Virus genome (UHGV): UHGV-0229283
Strand: one strand, 5' to 3'
Origin: a virus
DNA: 64,000 bases
Part shown: positions 57,348 to 64,000 of the stretch, piece after piece
How positions within the stretch are numbered: position 1 is the first letter of the stretch
How the letters are laid out: every line of letters starts with the position of its first letter
Program-made: the position numbers and the translations under genes
The notes under the pieces: generated by a model
The model's database searches: none
Told to the model about the DNA's origin: nothing
The model's input: the letters and a program-made list of their open reading frames with translations, nothing else

Positions 57348-57495
57348 AGGTTATCCCCACATATTTTGGGGGCACCTGATATCTGTGATACGCTAGGAGG
57401 ACTACATCGGTTTATCCCACATTGTGGGGAACACGGGCAGCGATTTGTAGCGATCCGGGTTGGCCTCGGTTTATCCCCACGCATGTGGGGAACAC
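57348..57495 (-). CRISPR. mini-array with type I-E-like repeats: 3 repeats (one degenerate) and two 32-nt spacers, transcribed on the minus strand
   Basis: R3 57467-57495 CGGTTTATCCCCACGCATGTGGGGAACAC, R2 57408-57434, degenerate R1 57348-57375. Spacers are 57435-57466 and 57376-57407, each exactly 32 nt. The E. coli / Salmonella I-E repeat is CGGTTTATCCCCGCTGGCGCGGGGAACAC in this orientation; ours shares the same flanks and has compensatory stem changes. Confidence 0.55.
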
Positions 57496-57786
57496 TCTAA
57501 CCGTAAACATATGGCAACCTTAGTGTTTTAAGCCCACTTAAAATCTACCGAGTTGTGTTCCCAAATTTGTAGAGATAGGAGCAAAGCTCCTGAAGGACTT
57601 ATGCAACTAAGTTGCAGCCCCCTTCTTCCTTCATAGACTCGCTAATGCTTATCTCCAGAAGCATAACTTCGGCGTTAACCACACCTAGAGGATTGGCTCC
57701 CAACAAGAGACACTATACAGTGTCTCTTAATTGGAGTCAACAATTATTTTCTAAGAATATCCCCTGAAACTGTTTTCACATTACCT
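57496..57786 (-). other. AT-rich non-coding region at the leader-proximal side of the mini-array, containing several perfect hairpins
   Basis: 290 bp without an ORF. Hairpins GGAGCAAAGCTCC, TGCAACTAAGTTGCA and AGAGACACTATACAGTGTCTCT. It is positioned where a CRISPR leader and promoter would be. Confidence 0.35.
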
Positions 57787-57978
57787 TCAATAAACTTCTG
57801 TTCTGGTCTCACCACTTTTAATGATCCTCGCTTTTTGGGCATGATAGACAAACTGTTTGTTCTCTTTAACAAACTTTTTGCCCTGTTCTTCGTCTTCGAA
57901 AATCAAGGTATCACACTCGGTGAAAGAATGTCCAGGCCTTTTTTCAACAGACCGCGTTGTGGCTACAATGAGGGACAT
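57787..57978 (-). CDS. hypothetical protein
   Basis: 63 aa ORF. Confidence 0.3.
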   Translation of the reverse strand: MSLIVATTRSVEKRPGHSFTECDTLIFEDEEQGKKFVKENKQFVYHAQKARIIKSGETRTEVY

Positions 57979-59069
57979 TAGCCCTCCTCACTCAGACGAG
58001 TCATGTACCATGCACGAGCTTTGTTGCTGATAAACTTGCCAACATCTTTCATGGTCATGGAGCTGGCTTCCAGAACATCACCCTCTTCCTTGTTGATGTC
58101 TCGGTTAATCCACCCAATGAATTCACCGATCTTAGTCTTGTCAAGACCGACTTCGCTGACACCCTGCTCAAGACGTGCTTCCGTCACAGCGTACTCAACG
58201 AACTCACGCATACTTGCGAGGCGTTCTGGGTCGATTGCCGCCAGGGTCTTAACTTTGGATACAGAGTGTTTATCACCTTTGACTTTAAACCACAGGCCAG
58301 AGATTTTAGAAAGCTCAGGATCTTTTGGAGACCAGACAATGCCTTCACCGATACCTTCTACGCCAAAGAACTTACCTGCCGGGCATTTGTTTTCCACTTC
58401 ACGAGTCAGTTCTGCCAGGTCATTCTGGACAAGTTCCGGCTCATTGAATGGGATATTAGCCATCCAGTAACCGAAGTCAAGGATACTGTAGATACGAGCA
58501 TCCGGCAATCCAATTCCAAACTGGAACGTTGGTGGTAGCCAGTTGAGGGTATCCGTTGCCTCATCCCGTCCCACAGCCACACGGAAGATAGCAAAGAACG
58601 GCTCTACTTCAGTGATGGCAACACCTTTCTGAATGCCACGCCCAGCCCATTCACCAGCAATTTCAACCGGGAACTGGAACTCGACGTCATTGACTTCACA
58701 CAGGTATTTAACCTGTGAAAGCAACTCTGCGGTGTCTTTTCGAGACATGAAGGCCGCGAAGCCATTGTTATCGTCGCCTACAGTCACGACACGCTCTTTG
58801 GACTGGAAGACAACTTCATCCTCAGAGTGGAATACCACACTGCCATTAGTGCCGTGAAGCTTAACCGTACCGATGTACGGGATCAGGTACGCTTCCGGTG
58901 GCAACACCTTTCGCTTGATATTACCCTCTTCATCAATACCGTCGAACGTCAGTTTATCATGCATGGTGCGGATAACCTGACGGAACTGTGCGGTGCTTGG
59001 GTATTTAATTGGTTTTGTCAATTTTATTCTCCTCAAATAATTTGCTAATGTGTCCGCCAGAAAGTTCAA
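57978..59069 (-). CDS. ATP-dependent RNA ligase (Rnl2-like nucleotidyltransferase)
   Basis: Motif I VKLHGTNGS matches Rnl2 KIHGTN (K is the adenylated lysine). Downstream EGIVW and WFKVKGDKH resemble motifs IV and V. The listed start is a TTG with a poor RBS, so the true start is uncertain. Confidence 0.5.
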   Translation of the reverse strand: MNFLADTLANYLRRIKLTKPIKYPSTAQFRQVIRTMHDKLTFDGIDEEGNIKRKVLPPEAYLIPYIGTVKLHGTNGSVVFHSEDEVVFQSKERVVTVGDDNNGFAAFMSRKDTAELLSQVKYLCEVNDVEFQFPVEIAGEWAGRGIQKGVAITEVEPFFAIFRVAVGRDEATDTLNWLPPTFQFGIGLPDARIYSILDFGYWMANIPFNEPELVQNDLAELTREVENKCPAGKFFGVEGIGEGIVWSPKDPELSKISGLWFKVKGDKHSVSKVKTLAAIDPERLASMREFVEYAVTEARLEQGVSEVGLDKTKIGEFIGWINRDINKEEGDVLEASSMTMKDVGKFISNKARAWYMTRLSEEG

Positions 59070-59238
59070 GAACTACATATCTTTGTTGGTCATCAAAATA
59101 CTGCTTCCCACCCCATGTTGCGTGGACAAGATTCCACGCATTCTTGGCAGCGCCAGAGCTAATCCATCCAATCTTGGCTTTGTGGTTCCAGAGGCATCTG
59201 TCAACAGTGTCATAGATGACAAAAACCAATTTACTCAT
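59005..59238 (-). CDS. hypothetical protein
   Basis: Start set at MSKLVF with RBS GGAGGG. It overlaps the 5' end of the RNA ligase ORF as listed. Confidence 0.25.
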   Translation of the reverse strand: MSKLVFVIYDTVDRCLWNHKAKIGWISSGAAKNAWNLVHATWGGKQYFDDQQRYVVLELSGGHISKLFEENKIDKTN

Positions 59239-59554
59239 CAGGACCCTCCAGCTTCCAGCCACGACTATTCAGCCATTCGTCAATCTGAATACCCGTGCCG
59301 TCACCACTTGGTTTCTCTACCCCAAGTAGTAGTATGGCAAAGCTCTGACCACGAGGGGCGTTATAGGTTAACACCGTATTACCCACATAAAGGTCGATCT
59401 TTTTGGTATGTGCTACCATACCGTCTCTCAATTTAACCACGATAATCCAGTCCCCCCTGTGGATAATCCACATTTTGTCATTTCCCGAATGGCAGCGATC
59501 TGTTCTGATGTCAGAGGGCCGTCGTCTGGAGGGTAGTAACCAGGGATTTCCCAT
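59231..59554 (-). CDS. hypothetical protein
   Basis: 107 aa. The N-terminal part overlaps the macro gene, so the true start may be the internal Met at 59473 or 59419. Confidence 0.25.
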   Translation of the reverse strand: MGNPWLLPSRRRPSDIRTDRCHSGNDKMWIIHRGDWIIVVKLRDGMVAHTKKIDLYVGNTVLTYNAPRGQSFAILLLGVEKPSGDGTGIQIDEWLNSRGWKLEGPDE

Positions 59555-60039
59555 TCTTTCAAGACATAAACTGTCACATCACAATCAAAGAAGATTGATT
59601 TGATCATTGCCTCGATGACGTTCCAGTCACCGCCTGCAAGGCCCGCACCAATTTTAGGGAAGCCAATTTTGTAGTCAGCCATAGAACCGTCTGTAAAGCT
59701 CTGTAAGAGCTTTTTCATTTCAACCATCGAATCATACAAGGCATTGTAGTCGAGGTCCCTGAGGCCCTGTTTACGGAGAGTATAGCCATATTGTGAGTAC
59801 AGATTAAACCCTGCGACTGTACCGTCCTTCAGGAAGGCCATTGTATAGGTTCCAAGTTTGGCTTTATCACCCTTCTCGGTCTTGAGATCCGCAGCGTACA
59901 TTTTGGGGAACGCTTCTTTGACCAACGGGGCGATACCCCTGCCCATAGCGCAATGGCAATTACAACCGTGAGCGAACACGTTAACTTCACCGTTCTTAAC
60001 GGCCTCGATCAGGTCTCCAACTTTATATTTCAAGCTCAT
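59428..60039 (-). CDS. macro-domain protein (ADP-ribose binding/processing)
   Basis: VNVFAHGCNCHCAMGRGIAPLV matches the macro-domain N-terminal signature. GFPKIGAGLAGGDWNVIEAMI matches the phosphate-binding loop region. 203 aa. Confidence 0.55.
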   Translation of the reverse strand: MSLKYKVGDLIEAVKNGEVNVFAHGCNCHCAMGRGIAPLVKEAFPKMYAADLKTEKGDKAKLGTYTMAFLKDGTVAGFNLYSQYGYTLRKQGLRDLDYNALYDSMVEMKKLLQSFTDGSMADYKIGFPKIGAGLAGGDWNVIEAMIKSIFFDCDVTVYVLKEWEIPGYYPPDDGPLTSEQIAAIREMTKCGLSTGGTGLSWLN

Positions 60040-60183
60040 TTACAACTCCTCTCTTTAAACTCTTTCATGGATTCAATAGCATCCGAACGATTTTTCGCGC
60101 AGACAACAAACACCCGATGACGTCGATAGGTGTATCCTGCCATAACACAGTCGGCGGTGTCAAGCCACCAACACTCGTTTAGT

Positions 60184-60390
60184 TCAGAAGCCGGGAATTT
60201 GAATTTTGCCATCTTTTCTCTCCACGTAATAAGGTAATCGCTTGATCAAGTCTTGAGGAGCACCATTTTCTGTCCAAGTGAGGCCTTGGTCACCAGAAAC
60301 ATAGCCTTTACCGTTAACAAACTTGCGCCAGATATTACGAAACTGGTTTTTGTAGATCATTCGATCACACTCCAGCCTTCGTCCTGCCAT
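60184..60390 (-). CDS. hypothetical protein
   Basis: 68 aa ORF. Confidence 0.25.
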   Translation of the reverse strand: MAGRRLECDRMIYKNQFRNIWRKFVNGKGYVSGDQGLTWTENGAPQDLIKRLPYYVERKDGKIQIPGF

Positions 60391-60611
60391 GCTTCACCAC
60401 GATACCAGTCTGCCATAGGGCAACCGTCTTCTGCGTAGATACGCCCATCAACCATTTCGAACCATTCATCAGAAGTGAAATATTGGTTACGGATACGTTT
60501 ACCTTCACGCATGGCCTGCTTTGCTTGTTCCCAGGTTAAACAATGCATATCAATCATCCTTTCCGAATTTAACAACGTCTTCGTAGGACAACCCCGAACG
60601 AAGAAGAGCAT
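60357..60611 (-). CDS. hypothetical protein
   Basis: 84 aa ORF. Confidence 0.3.
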   Translation of the reverse strand: MLFFVRGCPTKTLLNSERMIDMHCLTWEQAKQAMREGKRIRNQYFTSDEWFEMVDGRIYAEDGCPMADWYRGEAWQDEGWSVIE

Positions 60612-60912
60612 CTTTAACTTTTTGTTTTTTCTCTTGCAAAACCTGCAAGTTTGATTTTACAACACCTTTGAAAGAACCACCTTCATAACAGGGGGGTTCG
60701 ATCTCCGCAATCAAGTGATTAAGATCTGATTCTGGAGTTGCTTCAATGACCAAGCTATTCTCAACGTCAATCCAGTATTGGTAGTGAGCGTGTTTGCCAA
60801 TACTTTCCAGGAATTTGATTGCATGTGCCGGACTGTTTGCCTTTACGTAACCAAGTAGTTTAGTTGTACGGCCTTCGCAATCACCTTCGGTAGTAACTTT
60901 GTAAATTTGCAT
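60550..60912 (-). CDS. hypothetical protein
   Basis: 120 aa ORF. Confidence 0.3.
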   Translation of the reverse strand: MQIYKVTTEGDCEGRTTKLLGYVKANSPAHAIKFLESIGKHAHYQYWIDVENSLVIEATPESDLNHLIAEIEPPCYEGGSFKGVVKSNLQVLQEKKQKVKDALLRSGLSYEDVVKFGKDD

Positions 60913-60948
60913 GAGTCTATCCTCGTTTTGTTTGATACATGAAGAATA

Positions 60949-60968
60949 ACAGCCCCAAGAGGGGCTGT
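60949..60968 (-). terminator. hairpin terminator after the AAA+ ATPase gene
   Basis: ACAGCCCC-AAGA-GGGGCTGT. Confidence 0.4.
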
Positions 60969-60973
60969 CAATA

Positions 60974-62170
60974 TTATTTTCCTTCGATAAGCTTAATATC
61001 TTCAGCGTAGTTGACCTGGAAGTCTGCCATAATTTTCATTATGATGGGCTTTGCCTTCAACAAACGTGCAGGAAGCTTGTCACGGTTGCTTGCAGTGGTC
61101 AACAGCGCCTTACCGAATGCATTTTCCTTGATGAACGACAAGAAAATAGAGCTTACGAAGTCTCGGTTCTGGTCCATAAAGTGATCATAAAGATACTGTA
61201 GGAAGTTTCCAGAGAATTCAATAATCTGGTCATCCGTGTAGTTGGTATCTGCAATAGCCTTACGCAACCAAATAGCGCCTTCTGAACCCAAAATCCACAG
61301 GCTATCGGATGGAAGGTCTCCAGGATCTTGGGCAGTACCGTTCATAACGTCTTCGATCGGGACCATATTACGAATCTTAGTGTGGTATGCCCACAGTTCA
61401 GCCATTAAAGGTGTGCCAATGAAGCCCTGAAGAGCAACCTTAGCCAGGTTGGCAGGCAGCAAATTAGCATCGTAATCGTACAATACATCACTGGCGTAAG
61501 TTAAAGTACGCGGTGTGGCGAAAGAAGGACACCCGATATCCAGCATTTCTTCATAGTTTTCAATAGCACTGTTCTTACGAGACAGAAAACCAATGATTGA
61601 CGAATGAATACCGTTCTGCATGGCATAGTCTTCGATGAAGACCGATGCGCTATAGGTAAGCTCTACCAGCATCATACGGTTAGCCAAAGGAGCTTCCAGT
61701 GCAGTCACGGCAGTACCATCCCCAGCACGGTTACCCGCAGCAACCAGTACAGCCCCTTCAGGGAACTGGTAGGTCCCGATTCGACGGTCCAGCATGATTT
61801 GGAATGCCAGTTTCTGAAGGTAAGGCTCTGCGTGGAGAAGCTCATCAAGAAACACAATACCTTTCCAGTTAGGATCACGGGGCCAGAAATCCGGCAAGGC
61901 GTACACTGTGCGAGTAACACCATTGTCATCGGTGTATGGAATCTGCACCCCGGTGAGGTCAGTGTTATCTTTATCAGCCAAGCGGAAGTCTACCAGGTTA
62001 TCACCAGGCCCGAAAAGAGAGTCTGCTATTTGCTTCACGGCCTGACTTTTACCAATACCTGCCCCACCGAAGATCATCAGTGAACGTTTGTGACGCTGGC
62101 AAAATTGTACGAGTGGTGGAAGATCTCGCAAAGTGATCCAGTTACCAGAAAAGATATTACGACTTGACAT
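60974..62170 (-). CDS. AAA+ ATPase (MoxR / CbbQ / CobS-like)
   Basis: Start set at MSSRNIF with RBS AGGAGA. Walker A GGAGIGKSQ, Walker B VFLDELLHA and the sensor region AAGNRAGDGT. Confidence 0.6.
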   Translation of the reverse strand: MSSRNIFSGNWITLRDLPPLVQFCQRHKRSLMIFGGAGIGKSQAVKQIADSLFGPGDNLVDFRLADKDNTDLTGVQIPYTDDNGVTRTVYALPDFWPRDPNWKGIVFLDELLHAEPYLQKLAFQIMLDRRIGTYQFPEGAVLVAAGNRAGDGTAVTALEAPLANRMMLVELTYSASVFIEDYAMQNGIHSSIIGFLSRKNSAIENYEEMLDIGCPSFATPRTLTYASDVLYDYDANLLPANLAKVALQGFIGTPLMAELWAYHTKIRNMVPIEDVMNGTAQDPGDLPSDSLWILGSEGAIWLRKAIADTNYTDDQIIEFSGNFLQYLYDHFMDQNRDFVSSIFLSFIKENAFGKALLTTASNRDKLPARLLKAKPIIMKIMADFQVNYAEDIKLIEGK

Positions 62171-62233
62171 TATTTGTCTCCTGTAAATGAAATTCGGGAG
62201 AAGGATACATTTGATCCTCCCCCATTGCAATGA

Positions 62234-62611
62234 TTATTTATCCACCCATACGCGATTTTCATCACACCAATCATAAAAATCTTTCATGATGTCGTTGAAT
62301 TCCCGCAAGGGTGTATAATGGCGAATAGGATCAGCATCATACCCCTCATTTTCACATTCTGCAATAGAGGCTAGCCAATCCGGGTATGTTGGAACATCCC
62401 GGAAATAGCCAATTATATCACACAGCTCATAATCGCAGCCATTATCCCAGTTGTCGTAGTTTGACTCGCGAGGGAATTTCCGTTCAAGACGGCGGGCTAT
62501 CTCTTTAGCAAGCTCATGCACCGTTTTATCTGTCCAGTCTTCCCGACCACATTCACCACTCCGCTTATCCCAGATGTCGCGGAGGTCCAGAGTTGTTTTC
62601 CAGTTAGGCAT
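62234..62611 (-). CDS. hypothetical protein
   Basis: Start set at MPNWKTTLDL with RBS AAGGAGAGG. Trp/Asp-rich. Confidence 0.35.
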   Translation of the reverse strand: MPNWKTTLDLRDIWDKRSGECGREDWTDKTVHELAKEIARRLERKFPRESNYDNWDNGCDYELCDIIGYFRDVPTYPDWLASIAECENEGYDADPIRHYTPLREFNDIMKDFYDWCDENRVWVDK

Positions 62612-62762
62612 TGTTCCTCTCCTTATATCTTCCTCGCCAAGGGCCGAAACGCCCACATTTTAGACATTCCCAGCTGCGTTGCCCGTAAATGATGATCTTG
62701 CCGATTTCTTTATTTCGACAATTTGGGCAAGAGTATACTATCTTACCACCTTTAGACAGCAT
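62604..62762 (-). CDS. 52-aa zinc-ribbon protein (not in the supplied ORF track)
   Basis: MLSKGGKIVYSCPNCRNKEIGKIIIYGQRSWECLKCGRF... has two CxxC pairs. RBS GGAAGGTG. Its ends overlap both neighbours in the usual coupled fashion. Confidence 0.3.
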   Translation of the reverse strand: MLSKGGKIVYSCPNCRNKEIGKIIIYGQRSWECLKCGRFGPWRGRYKERNNA

Positions 62763-63243
62763 TTTTCACCTTCCTCAACTCGAATTCATCGCCATAGCCT
62801 ATCATATGGCCTTTGGCCGTGATCACCTTTTCTCCAAACACACTGCCAGTGCATTTACCAATGAAAACTTCTGGCATATCTTCTTCTGAAAGAAGAATAT
62901 CCACAGTAAATTTACCATGATAGTGCCTTGCGTTGTAATGCGGCCCTTCATCATCTGTTTTATACCAGTATTTACCATTCCAGCGGTATTTGTTATGCCT
63001 GTACCATACATATGACCCCCAGGTGTCTTGTGCTATATGGTCCACTTTGGTAGTAATAAGTCGGCCTGTATTACGAAGTAGCTCGTCATATTGCTTTTCG
63101 TAAACTTCCACACGATTTTTCATACTGTTGTAATAGTTCTGGTAACGATCAGCTCTGTTGACCATAACCCTGAGAAGGTTCTCAATAGGCGTACCTTTCT
63201 CAAGATGTTCTTCATAAAGTTGTTGACTTGTTTTGCTTTCCAT
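62752..63243 (-). CDS. hypothetical protein
   Basis: Start set at MESKTSQQ with RBS AAGGAGA. 163 aa, Tyr/Trp-rich. Confidence 0.35.
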   Translation of the reverse strand: MESKTSQQLYEEHLEKGTPIENLLRVMVNRADRYQNYYNSMKNRVEVYEKQYDELLRNTGRLITTKVDHIAQDTWGSYVWYRHNKYRWNGKYWYKTDDEGPHYNARHYHGKFTVDILLSEEDMPEVFIGKCTGSVFGEKVITAKGHMIGYGDEFELRKVKNAV

Positions 63244-63263
63244 ATCAAATCTCCTTAAGAAAT

Positions 63264-63449
63264 TCATGACAAATACCATTTAAAACCACAGTTCGGGCAA
63301 CAAGGTTCCTTAATCCGAAGCTGATCGGGGGCCTTTACAGGAGCATCTTTCAGGTTATAAGTCGAAAAACATCTCGCACATACTACAACCTTGTCAGGAA
63401 TTTCCATTTCGAACCAAGGAAGGCCATTTAATTTTTTCGTAATGATCAT
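63264..63449 (-). CDS. small zinc-ribbon protein
   Basis: 61 aa, CARC...CCPNC. Confidence 0.3.
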   Translation of the reverse strand: MIITKKLNGLPWFEMEIPDKVVVCARCFSTYNLKDAPVKAPDQLRIKEPCCPNCGFKWYLS

Positions 63450-63955
63450 AATGTAGCCAACATGTTGATCGCTTCGTGGTGTTCTTTCATCTTTGTCAGA
63501 CGAAGATACATGTCATGATACTTACGGACACGTAACAAATCCTTATCTGTCAGGCCTTTCAGGCGACGAACATCAGAGTTATGGCGCAGGTCTGCAAGCT
63601 TCACACGTACCGCATCATAGTTTTGGGCCAGGCGGTTAAAATACTCTTCCGGTGTCTGATTAGGGGTTTTCGTCAGAAGAACCACAGCATCCTTCACACG
63701 GTTCGAGAAGCCTAGCAGAACCAGATCCGCAGCGGTAACATCGGTGTCTTCAACCACATCATGAAGCGCGGCGATAGCCATAAGCTGAAAATCATCGGTC
63801 TTCAGGTAGTGCATTACCTTCAGCGGATGAAGGATGTACGGGTTACCACCCTTATCTTTCTGATTCAGGTGGCCTTCTGCTGCAATTTTAATTGCTAAAG
63901 CAAGTTCTTGGGCCGGACTTAAAGCTTGAATACAACTCTTGTCTGTTGATACCAT
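63446..63955 (-). CDS. HD-domain small alarmone hydrolase-like protein (SpoT/Rel/Mesh1-type (p)ppGpp hydrolase domain)
   Basis: GNPYILHPLKVMHYL...AIAALHDVVEDT matches the Rel/SpoT HD hydrolase signature (H...HD...D). 169 aa, stand-alone. Confidence 0.55.
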   Translation of the reverse strand: MVSTDKSCIQALSPAQELALAIKIAAEGHLNQKDKGGNPYILHPLKVMHYLKTDDFQLMAIAALHDVVEDTDVTAADLVLLGFSNRVKDAVVLLTKTPNQTPEEYFNRLAQNYDAVRVKLADLRHNSDVRRLKGLTDKDLLRVRKYHDMYLRLTKMKEHHEAINMLATL

Positions 63956-64000
63956 TTGACAGCTTCCTCTAGGTTAAAGGGTTTTATGTTCAGTCTATCG

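Noticed and set aside
57348-57495. The repeats being REP/BIME-type palindromes or subterminal IS200/IS605 hairpins rather than CRISPR-type repeats
   Set aside because: The three copies are direct rather than alternating, are spaced at a constant 59-60 bp period with exactly 32-nt unique spacers, and match the I-E repeat flanks. IS ends carry a single hairpin per end. This remains a formal alternative that a database search could settle.
57496-57786. tRNA or other structured RNA gene in the 290-bp non-coding gap (and in other gaps: 15742-15862, 18136-18290, 40945-41039)
   Set aside because: No GTTCRANYC T-loop or D-loop signature, and no cloverleaf could be drawn by eye. The hairpins are short perfect palindromes more consistent with terminators, operators or leader elements.
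31323-63000. Numerous + strand ORFs of 60-240 aa across the early region (for example 37875-38603, 38149-38763, 38794-39519, 40249-40974, 43267-43788, 53732-54139, 58003-58470)
   Set aside because: All lie antisense inside longer, motif-bearing minus-strand genes (RNA ligase, polymerase, rIIA, the 676-aa ORF). They lack an RBS and have skewed composition (Ser/Arg/Leu-rich). They were treated as shadow ORFs.

Overview
This window looks like part of a large contractile-tailed (myovirus-type) phage of a Gram-negative, probably enterobacterial, host; the window is a slice of a larger genome. Coordinates 1-29.8 kb carry a late structural module on the + strand: the C-terminal end of an upstream gene, an HK97-like prohead protease, scaffold, decoration protein, major capsid, head-tail proteins, sheath, tube, a G/GT tail chaperone with a -1 TTTTTTC frameshift, tape measure, baseplate hub, an HxH-tipped spike, a gp25/W-like wedge, J-like and I-like proteins, at least five fibre or spike proteins and a fibre chaperone. 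Three of the fibre/spike proteins share one N-terminal anchor domain. Coordinates 29.8-64 kb carry an early/replication/accessory module on the - strand. It includes an SSB-like protein, a family-A DNA polymerase split by an HNH-containing putative group I intron, a T7 gp4-like primase-helicase, a Dda-like helicase, rIIA/rIIB, a C5-methyltransferase-like protein, an Rnl2-like RNA ligase, a macro-domain protein, an AAA+ ATPase, a (p)ppGpp-hydrolase-like HD protein, a secreted SleB-like wall hydrolase and three to four HNH/AP2 homing-endonuclease genes. Two things stand out. First, a phage-borne nicotinamide-riboside NAD+ salvage pair, a PnuC transporter plus an NadR-type NMN adenylyltransferase/ribosylnicotinamide kinase, sits in an accessory island with a DUF4326-like gene and a lipoprotein/TM pair, with a macro-domain protein nearby. 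Second, a TnpB (IS605 OrfB) insertion lies directly beside a three-repeat, two-spacer mini-array. Its repeats resemble type I-E CRISPR repeats (29-nt repeat, 32-nt spacers, degenerate leader-distal repeat, 290-bp AT-rich leader). This could be a phage-carried mini-CRISPR array or an RNA anti-CRISPR decoy. No tRNA genes were seen. All calls rest on motif recognition by eye, without database searches.
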